Sequence record: MW248466.1 | DNA length: 64,000 nucleotides | Direction: 5' to 3' (one strand) | Shown here: piece after piece, positions 1 through 9,636 of the stretch | How the letters are laid out: each line of letters starts with the position of its first letter | Numbering within the stretch: the first letter of the stretch is position 1 | Translations under genes and position numbers: made by a program | Notes under the pieces: generated by a model | The model's database searches: none | What the model was told of the DNA's origin: nothing | What the model saw: only the letters and a program-made list of their open reading frames with translations

Positions 1-2
1 AT

Positions 3-257
3 TTATATCAAATATTAGTTAAAGTGAATAGTTCTATATTGGAAATTTTATCACAAATTAGAGATCATTTTAATATAGAATTCTTTGTTTCAGATTCCTG
101 TTTCTCACATATACCAATAATTGATAAGAGAAATAATAAGGATATGGATGATAAATATTATAATTTATTTGATGAGTATAGAATATCTGGTGTATTTGAA
201 GAAATTACGGATGAAAGAGTCATTAAAAAATACTTAGTGAAAAATAATTTTAAATAA
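3..257 (+). CDS. hypothetical protein, 5'-truncated by window edge; paralog of next gene
   Basis: Frame is open from position 3 to the edge. C-terminus HFNIEFF...FEEITDERVIKKYLVKNNFK is nearly identical to that of 272..1099. Confidence 0.75.
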   Translation, partial: LYQILVKVNSSILEILSQIRDHFNIEFFVSDSCFSHIPIIDKRNNKDMDDKYYNLFDEYRISGVFEEITDERVIKKYLVKNNFK

Positions 258-271
258 AGGAGATCAATATA

Positions 272-1099
272 ATGAGTGCAATTAAAAGTGATAAAAAGTA
301 TTTCTTATGTAAAATAAATGATGAATTATTTGAAGTTGATAATAAAAATAATAGAGGGTCATTAGTTGATAATAAAAATAATAGATGGCCATTTTTATAT
401 GATTATTTACCTTTAATAATAGCTGAAAAAATAATTAATTCAGATGAAAAAGACTCATATGAAACTAGTGCATTAGATGTGCATTATAAAAAAGAAGATA
501 ATGTGATTACAGGAAATTTAAGATTTTTATCAAGATGTTTACCTCCTGTCCTTTACAATGTTAATGATAAAAATTCATTTGAAACAATTATAACTCTTGC
601 AGATTTTAAGTTTAAAAGAGATATCACTAAATCTCCATTTAGCATAGATAAGAATAGTGCTATTGACAAAATACTATTTACAATGGAACCTATACAAAAT
701 GAAATTGATGCAGCTTTATTTAATAGTATTATAAAAGATATTTTAAACGAAGAAGATGAAATAGAATTAGAAAGATTTATATTAGTTGATAATATTGAAA
801 AATTATTAAATGAAATTCAAGAACAGAATATAAAACATCATGATGAATTTAGAGGTTTAATTTCAGATATATTCAATAATTATCTTAATATATTAAAATC
901 ATTAAGACATCATTTTAATATTGAATTTTTCTTTGCTAAAACTTCTTTTTTAGATATGCTAAATATCTATGATTATGATGCCATTATTAATGATAGCTAT
1001 AAAATAAATATTTTTGAAGGCGATTTAGATGTTATATTTGAAGAGATTACGGATGAGAAAGTTATTAAAAAATACTTAGTGAAAAATAATTTTAAATAA
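272..1099 (+). CDS. hypothetical protein (tandem paralog family)
   Basis: 275-aa ORF with AAGGAG RBS; shares its C-terminal block with the upstream gene. Confidence 0.85.
   Translation: MSAIKSDKKYFLCKINDELFEVDNKNNRGSLVDNKNNRWPFLYDYLPLIIAEKIINSDEKDSYETSALDVHYKKEDNVITGNLRFLSRCLPPVLYNVNDKNSFETIITLADFKFKRDITKSPFSIDKNSAIDKILFTMEPIQNEIDAALFNSIIKDILNEEDEIELERFILVDNIEKLLNEIQEQNIKHHDEFRGLISDIFNNYLNILKSLRHHFNIEFFFAKTSFLDMLNIYDYDAIINDSYKINIFEGDLDVIFEEITDEKVIKKYLVKNNFK
334..385 (+). repeat. 22-nt exact direct repeat (period 30 nt) inside CDS
   Basis: AGTTGATAATAAAAATAATAGA at 334-355 and 364-385, encoding VDNKNNR twice. Confidence 0.9.
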
Positions 1100-1155
1100 A
1101 ATTAAAAATTTATAGTAACGGAATTATATTTACCAATAGGAGTTGAAACTGGATA

Positions 1156-3891
1156 ATGAAGATTAAAAGATTAAAGTTAAAGAATTTTATCGGTATTTAT
1201 GCTGGTATGGGGTTAAAAGAAGTTGAAATTGATTTTAGTAAAAGTAAAAATAATATGATAATGCTTCTTGGAGATAACGCTTCAGGTAAAACAACTATTA
1301 TGTCTAACCTTAATCCGTACAGAGAAACTAATGATCAACGTAAAACTATAGTATTAGAAGATGAAAAAGGATTAAAAGAAATTGAGTATATTAAAGATAA
1401 TGATGTTTATGAAATTAAACATCATTATGGAAAAAATAGTTCTCAAAATAAATCATTCATCAAGAAGAATGGTGAAGAACTTAATGAAAATGGCGGTATT
1501 AAATTATTCAATGAAATAGTGGATAAAGAATTAGGTGTATCTAAAGATTACTTTACTGTGGGACGTTTAGGTGATAATGTATCAAACTTTATCGATTATA
1601 CTACAGGTGATCGTAAATCATACATTAATAAATTTGTACCTAATATTGATAGATATTTAGAAGCTTATAAAGTAGCTAATGAGAAATTAAAAATCATTAC
1701 TAAAGATTTAAAATCACTTAGGTTTGATTTAGATAAATATAAAGAATTTGATGAAATTAAAAAAGAAAAAGAGAATTTAGAAACTTTAATTGATCAATTA
1801 CAAAATGAGCTTGATGAAGCTAATAAAGATAAAACAACTCATGAAACTAAAATGAACTCTATCATGGAAGATAAATACAAAGAGATTCATCCAACTGAAT
1901 ATAAAAATCAATTAATTAATGAAGTTAATGAACTTAATCAAGAATTAGAAAAAGAAAGAAAGTTAAAAGAAGATAATGAGAATTTAAATAAATATACTAT
2001 TGAATCTGCTAATGAGAAAAAAGATAAAATAGATACTATATTAAATAATACTAATAATGAGTTAACTTCTGTTGAAAAAGATAAAGAAAATAATCAAGAT
2101 AAATTAGATGACTTAATTAGTAGAAAATCTAAAATAGAATCTCGTATGAATGCTATCAAGTTTAATGAAGATTATGACGCTTCTGATGAAATTGATTCAA
2201 TTCTTGAAGGTTATAAAGAGGATTTAGAAAGTATTAAAGATGATGTAGATATTTCTAGAGGGTCTTTTGTAAGTGAATTCGGTTTACAAATTAAAGATAA
2301 TATTAAAGAGGATTCATTAAGATTATATGTAAATGATTTAATTTCTAAAATAGATAACTTTAGAGAATTTATTAATGATAATGAGTTTAAATATGATTCT
2401 ATTCGTGGAGATTTTGAAAGTGAAATTAAAGATAATAATGAAAAAATTTCTATGAACCAGAATGAATTTAATGAAATTAATACTAAGCTTAATCAAATTA
2501 AAGGTAAATCAGACTTATTAAAAATATTAGATCAAAAAGATCATGAACACTATAATGAATGTGTATTTGTTCCTTTAGTAGCTGACTTTAAAGATAATGA
2601 ATTTGATTCAATCTCTGAATTAGAAAGTAAAGGTAATCAACTTTATAAAGATAATCAAGAATTAGAAAAAGATAATAAACTATTATCTAATCATATTGAC
2701 TTATTACGTAAATTTAATGATATACTTACTAGTAGAAATAGTTTAATTGAATATATTGGATTTGAAATAATTGATATTGATAGTATTGAAGAAATATTCA
2801 CTAATGGTAATACATTCTCCAGTGAACTAAATAGTCTTAATTCATTAATTGAAAAGACAAATGAAATTCGTACTAATGAAACTAATAGAGACAGATTAAC
2901 TATTGAATTAGAAAGAAAAGAAAATGCTCTTAAAGAAGATTATTCTAATAAGAAAATATTAGATCAATATAAAGAAGATAAAGAAGATTTAATTAAACAA
3001 ATTGAAGGAATTAAAAATAAAAATAATGAGATTTCTGAAAATCTTAATTATCTTAATAGTCGTAAAGAAAAAGCTGTTACTAACTTAAATATTATTAATG
3101 AATTTATTAATCTAACAGAGAGATCTGAAGAAATTAAATTAAAAATAAAAGATAAAAATGATATAGTTGATGATATTGATAAAGATCTTTCAAAATTAAG
3201 TAATTTGTACGAACTTAATCAAAAAGCAGACAATAAGATTCAATCTATTAAAGATAATTTAACTATGAAGAAGAATGATTTAGAATCTACTAAAGAAAAA
3301 TACTTTGCAGTTAATTCTATTATTACTAAGATTGATGAAATCGAATCAGTATTATGGAAATATAATATGGTAGTAGATTCATTAAATCCTAAGAAAGACT
3401 CTATACCATTAATATTCATTACTAATTATCTTAAAGATATTGCTGTAAGTACTAATGAATTACTTTCAGTGGCTTATAATAATTCATTTAAAATTGACTT
3501 TGATTTGACAGATAAAGATTTCTTTATTAATGTGTATAAAGGTAATGGAACTGAACTTAAGGATATTAAAGAAGCTTCTCAAGGAGAAACAGCTTTAACT
3601 AATATCAGCTTATCATTATCATTATTAAACAAAGTATCTCAAGATTATAATATTCTATATTTAGATGAAATGGATTCAACATTAGATTCTAATAATAGAA
3701 GAAGATTTGTTGATGTGATTGATAGACAAATTGATTTAATGGATCTAGAACAAGTATTCTTAATCAGTCATAATGATGAATTCTATAGTGCTAATATTGA
3801 CTTAATTTTACTTAAAGGATACGAAAGTAAAATTGATATTAATGATGAAGAAATGATGCAAGGTAAAAATGTATTATTTAAAGTAAATTAA
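1156..3891 (+). CDS. sbcC: SbcC/Rad50/T4 gp46-like SMC-family ATPase
   Basis: Walker A GDNASGKTT, long coiled coil, signature ASQGE, Walker B ILYLDEMD, H-loop LISH. Confidence 0.92.
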   Translation: MKIKRLKLKNFIGIYAGMGLKEVEIDFSKSKNNMIMLLGDNASGKTTIMSNLNPYRETNDQRKTIVLEDEKGLKEIEYIKDNDVYEIKHHYGKNSSQNKSFIKKNGEELNENGGIKLFNEIVDKELGVSKDYFTVGRLGDNVSNFIDYTTGDRKSYINKFVPNIDRYLEAYKVANEKLKIITKDLKSLRFDLDKYKEFDEIKKEKENLETLIDQLQNELDEANKDKTTHETKMNSIMEDKYKEIHPTEYKNQLINEVNELNQELEKERKLKEDNENLNKYTIESANEKKDKIDTILNNTNNELTSVEKDKENNQDKLDDLISRKSKIESRMNAIKFNEDYDASDEIDSILEGYKEDLESIKDDVDISRGSFVSEFGLQIKDNIKEDSLRLYVNDLISKIDNFREFINDNEFKYDSIRGDFESEIKDNNEKISMNQNEFNEINTKLNQIKGKSDLLKILDQKDHEHYNECVFVPLVADFKDNEFDSISELESKGNQLYKDNQELEKDNKLLSNHIDLLRKFNDILTSRNSLIEYIGFEIIDIDSIEEIFTNGNTFSSELNSLNSLIEKTNEIRTNETNRDRLTIELERKENALKEDYSNKKILDQYKEDKEDLIKQIEGIKNKNNEISENLNYLNSRKEKAVTNLNIINEFINLTERSEEIKLKIKDKNDIVDDIDKDLSKLSNLYELNQKADNKIQSIKDNLTMKKNDLESTKEKYFAVNSIITKIDEIESVLWKYNMVVDSLNPKKDSIPLIFITNYLKDIAVSTNELLSVAYNNSFKIDFDLTDKDFFINVYKGNGTELKDIKEASQGETALTNISLSLSLLNKVSQDYNILYLDEMDSTLDSNNRRRFVDVIDRQIDLMDLEQVFLISHNDEFYSANIDLILLKGYESKIDINDEEMMQGKNVLFKVN

Positions 3892-3907
3892 AGTTGGTGA
3901 TTGTTTT

Positions 3908-4231
3908 ATGAATAAAAAAGGTTCTAGGATAATTAATGATGAGTATGGATATAAAGAAGAATCAAATGAATTTGATAAGATACAATCTCATCTTATAGAA
4001 TCTTTAAATGAAGAATATGATGTATCTAAATATTTTATAGAAATTTATGGTGTAAAAGAAAAGACATGGAAAAATAAAAAATTGTCAAATGATTTTAAAT
4101 TTATGTATCTTAGTGCATTTTATGATATAACAATTAAGATACATGAAGAAAATAATATTGAATATCCAGAAGACATTAAAAAAATTATTAAAACAATAAA
4201 GATGAGAAAAGTTAAAAATGCTTTTATATAA
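3908..4231 (+). CDS. hypothetical protein
   Basis: 107-aa ORF with typical codon usage, in the same operon. Confidence 0.75.
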   Translation: MNKKGSRIINDEYGYKEESNEFDKIQSHLIESLNEEYDVSKYFIEIYGVKEKTWKNKKLSNDFKFMYLSAFYDITIKIHEENNIEYPEDIKKIIKTIKMRKVKNAFI

Positions 4232-4247
4232 AAGGGGAAATATAATT

Positions 4248-4397
4248 ATGAATAGAATTCTATTAGGATCAATATCATTGGTAATATTATCTATTTCTAT
4301 AGTATCTACAAAAATAATATACGATAAAATAAAATATAGAGACGATGATATTGATACAGCAGAAGATCCATTTATGAAAGGTCCATTATTTATATGA
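4248..4397 (+). CDS. small (49 aa) predicted membrane protein, not in ORF track
   Basis: AAAGGGG RBS; MNRILLGSISLVILSISIVSTKIIYDKIKYRDDDIDTAEDPFMKGPLFI has an N-terminal hydrophobic helix. Confidence 0.6.
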   Translation: MNRILLGSISLVILSISIVSTKIIYDKIKYRDDDIDTAEDPFMKGPLFI

Positions 4398-4406
4398 TTT
4401 AAATAT

Positions 4407-4438
4407 TGCCAAACATTCTTTAAATAGAGTGTTTGGCA
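4407..4438 (+). terminator. intrinsic terminator
   Basis: 13-bp stem TGCCAAACATTCT/AGAGTGTTTGGCA followed by a T-rich run. Confidence 0.75.
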
Positions 4439-4520
4439 TTTTATATTTTAATTTTTTATGAAATTTAAGTAACGATTAAATTATCAAAGTAGCAATTGAA
4501 TTGAGGAGTGTTTAAAGATA

Positions 4521-6242
4521 ATGGGTAGATTTATTAAATCAACATATTTAAATAAAAAAGAGACACAATCAGGTAAAGAAAAAGTAGTAATGGTAGTTAA
4601 AGAAGAAGACGGTACTAAGAAACATATGGAAATAACTGATCCAATGATGCATTATTATGTAACTAAAGATGAACATTGGTTACCACCTAATAAAATTGTA
4701 GGTTCTATTGAAAAAGATAAAGTAAGAACTGTTACTTGTAAGCATAAAGATATTATTAAATCAGTGGTTAAAGAAGCTGGTAATGCTCAAGATAAAGCAG
4801 AATATGACAGAATTATGAAATCAGGTAATTGGCAAGAATATAGAAAATTAAGAGATTTTCATTTATTAAATAACGCTCATGGTTCTGATATTAATATAGA
4901 AGATTATAATATCAATGAGTATATTAAAAAGAATTTAGATAGTAAAGTCGGTATAGATATATGTCTATTCGATATTGAGGTTGATGGTTCTCAAGTAACA
5001 GGATTCCCGGATCCCGAAAAAGCTGAGGCAGAGATAAATATTATAACTGTAGTGGATTGGAGCAAGAAAAAAGTATTAACATTTGCTCTTAAATATGACT
5101 CTGATACTTATAGAGAAACTATGAAAGATCAAGATAAATTAATTAAAGACTTAAATGAAATCTATAATAATGAAAATAGTGAAATTGGTAAAGATTTAGG
5201 TTTAGAATTTGAAATATATGAATTAGATACAGAAATGCAAGTAATTAAATCTTTCTTGTATTATATTAATGAAATTAGTAAACCTGATATATGTACGGCA
5301 TGGAATCTAGATTATGACTTCCCTGCAATATTTGAACGTATTAGAGTTAATGGTGAAGATCCTGCAGATTATTTCTGTTCTAAAGAATTTGAAGATAAGA
5401 AAGCATATTATAAATTAGATAAAAATGCTACTGATATGGCTAATAGATCTTCTACATTTGAGACTAATTCTTATACTAACTGGATTGACCAATTAGCGTT
5501 ATATGCAAATATTAATAAACCTAATGGAGCTTTAGAGTCAGTTAAGTTAAATGATATTGGAGAAAAAGAAGCGGGAGTCACTAAAGATGTTTATGAAGGT
5601 TCTATCTCTGATTTACATTTTAGAGACTATTATACATTCATTCTTTACAATATTAAAGATACTGTATTAACTGCATTAATTGAACATAACACTAATATGT
5701 TTGATTTATTATTCTCTATTGTGGACATGACTAGAACAAGACCTAGCAAAGCACTTAAGAAAACTATTTGTTTAAGAAATCGTAGTTCAGTATTCTTTGA
5801 AAATCAAGGATATGTACTAAGTAATAATCATTCAAGATTATTATCAGATCCTAATGCAGATAAAATTCGTGGTGGTTTTGTAGCAGATATGATGTTAATT
5901 GAACGTAATGGAGATACATTAGTTAAAGGTAAAGATATTAGATCTAATAGATTATTTAGTAATGTTTGTGACTTTGACTTGAGTTCTCTATATCCATCTA
6001 TTATTAGAGCATATAATATAACACCTGAAGGACATGTAGGTAAGATGAATATTCTTGATAAAGATAGAATAACAGTACCTAAATATGAAGAAGATAAAGA
6101 TAACTATGATTTTAATACTGAATTCGTAAGTAAGTTTAACAGTCAAGATAATGTTGCTTTTGCTCAAGAATTTCATGGCTTGCCTTCTCTTATTGAAGCA
6201 TCTGATGATATTATTAAAGAATTAGAGGAGGAGATTAGTTAA
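4521..6242 (+). CDS. family B DNA polymerase, N-terminal part (3'-5' exonuclease + motif A) of a split polymerase
   Basis: ExoI FDIEVD, ExoII AWNLDYD, ExoIII YNIKD, motif A DFDLSSLYPSII. The ORF ends before motifs B and C. Confidence 0.85.
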   Translation: MGRFIKSTYLNKKETQSGKEKVVMVVKEEDGTKKHMEITDPMMHYYVTKDEHWLPPNKIVGSIEKDKVRTVTCKHKDIIKSVVKEAGNAQDKAEYDRIMKSGNWQEYRKLRDFHLLNNAHGSDINIEDYNINEYIKKNLDSKVGIDICLFDIEVDGSQVTGFPDPEKAEAEINIITVVDWSKKKVLTFALKYDSDTYRETMKDQDKLIKDLNEIYNNENSEIGKDLGLEFEIYELDTEMQVIKSFLYYINEISKPDICTAWNLDYDFPAIFERIRVNGEDPADYFCSKEFEDKKAYYKLDKNATDMANRSSTFETNSYTNWIDQLALYANINKPNGALESVKLNDIGEKEAGVTKDVYEGSISDLHFRDYYTFILYNIKDTVLTALIEHNTNMFDLLFSIVDMTRTRPSKALKKTICLRNRSSVFFENQGYVLSNNHSRLLSDPNADKIRGGFVADMMLIERNGDTLVKGKDIRSNRLFSNVCDFDLSSLYPSIIRAYNITPEGHVGKMNILDKDRITVPKYEEDKDNYDFNTEFVSKFNSQDNVAFAQEFHGLPSLIEASDDIIKELEEEIS

Positions 6243-7024
6243 TGTCTATTATTATTGAAGAATCAAAAATAGTAAATAAATTAGTAATGACTTTTGAAGA
6301 AATATCTAAATTATTCAATAATATTGTTGATGGAAGTAAATATATTAGTTTAAATAAAAATATTATAACGAATCATTCTAAATCAGATGATAATCCTAAT
6401 TCAGTTGAAGTGGAAATTGTAGAAGATAATCCAATTTACGATTATCTTCTTTCTGTTGAAAATTGTGTTTTTAATGTAGAAGACTTTATTGAAGTAAGAA
6501 AAAATAAGGGAGATAAAATTGTTAAAGTTGAATTCTTCAATGAAATTGATAATAGTGGTATTAGAATAACTAGAGAATCTGATTTAGAAACTATTATTAA
6601 TGGTGATGAATTTGATGAAGATTTATTAGATGAAGAATTAAATTATTCATTAGACGCTATTAATTATTTTAGTTCTTTTGAACCAAGTCTAAATTTTAAA
6701 TTAGATAATGATAGTTTATTAGATATCAAGGAAAGAAAACCTTCTGAGTTCTTTAAATTTATATTTACTGAAGATGATGTTATTGTTAAAGATCCTTATT
6801 ACATTTATAATGAAAAAGATTACCTTATTGATTTTAGAACTTCTAAAAAGTATTTATTAGGTCTAAAATATAAAAAGACTAAAGATAAAATAGTTTGTCC
6901 ATTAGTTAATATAGAAATATATGCCCCAGAAACAACTGTATATAGTGAATTGATTATGGTAAAATTTTCAATTTATCAAGACAAATTTGTTGCAAAATTG
7001 AAGAATTTAGTTTATAATATATAA
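6242..7024 (+). CDS. hypothetical protein translationally coupled to the polymerase fragment
   Basis: TAATG stop/start overlap; 260 aa; no motif recognised. Confidence 0.8.
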   Translation: MSIIIEESKIVNKLVMTFEEISKLFNNIVDGSKYISLNKNIITNHSKSDDNPNSVEVEIVEDNPIYDYLLSVENCVFNVEDFIEVRKNKGDKIVKVEFFNEIDNSGIRITRESDLETIINGDEFDEDLLDEELNYSLDAINYFSSFEPSLNFKLDNDSLLDIKERKPSEFFKFIFTEDDVIVKDPYYIYNEKDYLIDFRTSKKYLLGLKYKKTKDKIVCPLVNIEIYAPETTVYSELIMVKFSIYQDKFVAKLKNLVYNI

Positions 7025-7067
7025 TGTGAAAAAATACTTATAAATTAAGAGAAAATTCTAAAAAGTA

Positions 7068-9536
7068 TTGAAAAGGAGTGTTTTGAATTTGGCTGATGAG
7101 AATAAAACTCAGAGAAGTATAAATAACATCAATAGAGATATGGTTAGAGGGTTAGGAGATGAAGAAAATCCTAAGAACTTATCTGACAATATACCTGATT
7201 TTGATGATAGATTAAAAAAGATAAGACGTAAAAGCAATCATGGTAATAGTAATGGTGACATTCTATCTTTAGCATCTAAAGTGAGCGGTAAGGATAGAAA
7301 TGTTAGAAAATCTAATACAGGTGATGATAAAAAAGATTTCATTAAAGATTTCATAGAAGAGAATATTGAAAATCAAGATTTTTCATCTGAGATTGCTAGG
7401 GTTTCTAGATACGATGACTATAGAATTATAGATAAATTTATACCTGAAATATCAACAAGTATTGATGTATTCGCTACTTCTATTATTGCACCTGACGATA
7501 CTTCTAAATTATCATTGATGTATCGTTATGGTGATATAAATAATAAAAATGAATCAGAAAATAAAGAAGTTTTAAATGAATTAGATAGAATTGTAAAGAA
7601 ATATAATTTGGACAATTTGACATATACTTCTATTCGTGACGGTTTATTATTAGGTGATGTTTTCTATATTATTAAAGATACTAAATCTGACTTTGAAGAA
7701 ATACTTAATGAAAATGATGATGTATTAGGAAGAGAAACACGAGATGATCAAAAAGTGATTAATGAATCATTTATAGATCAGAACCTTAAAGAATCTGATT
7801 TAGACACTGTAATTAATGAATTTAATAATCAATTTGAAAAACCTATTAAAGATGAAGATCAATTAAATGAACAAAGAGCTAATTTTAAAAATGAAATATT
7901 AAAGAGTATTAATGAAAATGTAGCTTTCTTTGAAAATTCTTCTGAATTACTATCTGATATAGGTAAGTATAAAGGATCTAATGACTTACAAGCATTTTTA
8001 GATAAAGCAGATAACAAAAATAAGTCTAGTAAATTAAAATCTGGTTCAGTATATTTTAGATCTGTAGAACCTGAAGATATGATTAAATTAGAAATTGATG
8101 GTATGTGTATTGGTTATCTTTATATTGAACCTGACTCTGGAACTGACTTAAGAGGAGGAGCTAATCCTTTATTATCTGCTATGAATAATTTAATGGGAGA
8201 CGGATATCAAAAACAAGGTCAAACAGGATCATTTTCAAGTGGTATGGGAGTTACTAATTTAGATCCTGTCACTGGTGGTACTGCAGGAAATAATATGTCT
8301 AGCAATTCTAAAAATCCTAATTCAGGAATGAATGCTACATCTGGTTCATATTATGAAAATGGAAATACTGTTATGGCTTATCAAGGTTTAGTTGATGTTA
8401 TAGTTAAAGGTATTTCTCAAAAAATTAATATGGACTTTATTAATAAAAATGATTCATTTAAAGATATCATATATAGATTAATTCGTAAGAATTATATTAT
8501 TGAAAATGGTATTAAAATGACTTTCTTAGAAGCTGATGAAGTATTTCACCATAAATTAGACAGTCAAAAAACTTATGGAGTTTCTAAACTTAATAAATCA
8601 TTATTCTTTGCTAAATTATATTTAAGTACATTAATAACTACAATGATGGTTAAATTAAATCAATCAAGAGATAGACGTGTATTTAGAGTTAATGCAGGTT
8701 TAGATGATGATTATGAGGGAACAGTAGAAGAAATAATTCGTAATGTAAGACAAAATGAAATGTCTACAGGATTATTTGGAGACGGAACTTCCGTTCAGAC
8801 ATTATTCAATCAAGTAGGTAACTTAGAAAACATGTACATTCCTCAAAATAAAGAGGGTACTTCACCTTTAGAAATAGATACAATTTCTGGTATTCAGGTT
8901 GATATTAATGATGAATTCTTAGAATGGCTTAAGAAATCAGTTATATCAGGTACAGGAGTTCCTTTAAACTATATTGATGCTGAAACTGAAACTGATTACG
9001 CTCGTTCATTATCAATGCAGAATAATAACTTTGTAAGACGTGTAGTTAATTATCAAAAATCTTTTGGTGAATTCTATACTGGTGTATTAAGAAAATTATA
9101 TTATCTAGAAAATGTAAGTAAAAATAAAAAAGAAAATGAAGAATTAAATAATAGATTACAAGAAATTGAAGCTTACTTCCCAGCACCTGTATTCTTAAAC
9201 TTAGGAAACCTTAATGAAGAAGTTGGAGCTGTTACACAAATGATAGACTTCTTAGTTCCTTTATATACTTCAGAAGCTTCTGGTGACGAAGAAGAAGATG
9301 ATAATGAAAAATTAAAACGTCTATTCCGTAAAGAATTAGTTCAACAAGAATTCATGGCTAATTTAGATTATGATAGATACGAAGATATTATTAACAATAT
9401 TAAAGATGAAATAAATAAAGATAAAAAGAAAAATGACATGACAAATAATAATAATAATAATACTGATGAAGACGATTTATCTTCTTCAGATGGCTCTGGA
9501 AATAATTCAGAAGATAATTTTGAGGATGATTTCTAA
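7068..9536 (+). CDS. portal vertex protein (T4 gp20-like)
   Basis: RYDDYRIIDKFIPEISTSID, QSRDRRVFRVNAG, ENMYIPQ, LEIDTISG and GVPLNYI parallel T4 gp20 blocks. The start may be a slightly downstream TTG. Confidence 0.8.
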   Translation: MKRSVLNLADENKTQRSINNINRDMVRGLGDEENPKNLSDNIPDFDDRLKKIRRKSNHGNSNGDILSLASKVSGKDRNVRKSNTGDDKKDFIKDFIEENIENQDFSSEIARVSRYDDYRIIDKFIPEISTSIDVFATSIIAPDDTSKLSLMYRYGDINNKNESENKEVLNELDRIVKKYNLDNLTYTSIRDGLLLGDVFYIIKDTKSDFEEILNENDDVLGRETRDDQKVINESFIDQNLKESDLDTVINEFNNQFEKPIKDEDQLNEQRANFKNEILKSINENVAFFENSSELLSDIGKYKGSNDLQAFLDKADNKNKSSKLKSGSVYFRSVEPEDMIKLEIDGMCIGYLYIEPDSGTDLRGGANPLLSAMNNLMGDGYQKQGQTGSFSSGMGVTNLDPVTGGTAGNNMSSNSKNPNSGMNATSGSYYENGNTVMAYQGLVDVIVKGISQKINMDFINKNDSFKDIIYRLIRKNYIIENGIKMTFLEADEVFHHKLDSQKTYGVSKLNKSLFFAKLYLSTLITTMMVKLNQSRDRRVFRVNAGLDDDYEGTVEEIIRNVRQNEMSTGLFGDGTSVQTLFNQVGNLENMYIPQNKEGTSPLEIDTISGIQVDINDEFLEWLKKSVISGTGVPLNYIDAETETDYARSLSMQNNNFVRRVVNYQKSFGEFYTGVLRKLYYLENVSKNKKENEELNNRLQEIEAYFPAPVFLNLGNLNEEVGAVTQMIDFLVPLYTSEASGDEEEDDNEKLKRLFRKELVQQEFMANLDYDRYEDIINNIKDEINKDKKKNDMTNNNNNNTDEDDLSSSDGSGNNSEDNFEDDF

Positions 9537-9543
9537 TATTAAC

Positions 9544-9581
9544 ATTTGAATAACGGATTAAATACAATTCGTTATTCAAAT
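9544..9581 (+). terminator. inverted repeat / probable terminator after portal gene
   Basis: 12-bp stem ATTTGAATAACG/CGTTATTCAAAT. Confidence 0.5.
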
Positions 9582-9636
9582 TTATATTATATAAGTGTAG
9601 TACATAATATTTATTTATAAGGAGAATGAATTAGAT

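Noticed and set aside
9541-9552. Late promoter match AACA-TTTGAA-TA before the nvRNAP beta' gene
   Set aside because: It overlaps the arm of the portal terminator hairpin. A degenerate early motif (AAATTTATATTATA, ~9578) is closer and fits better, so it may be a chance match.
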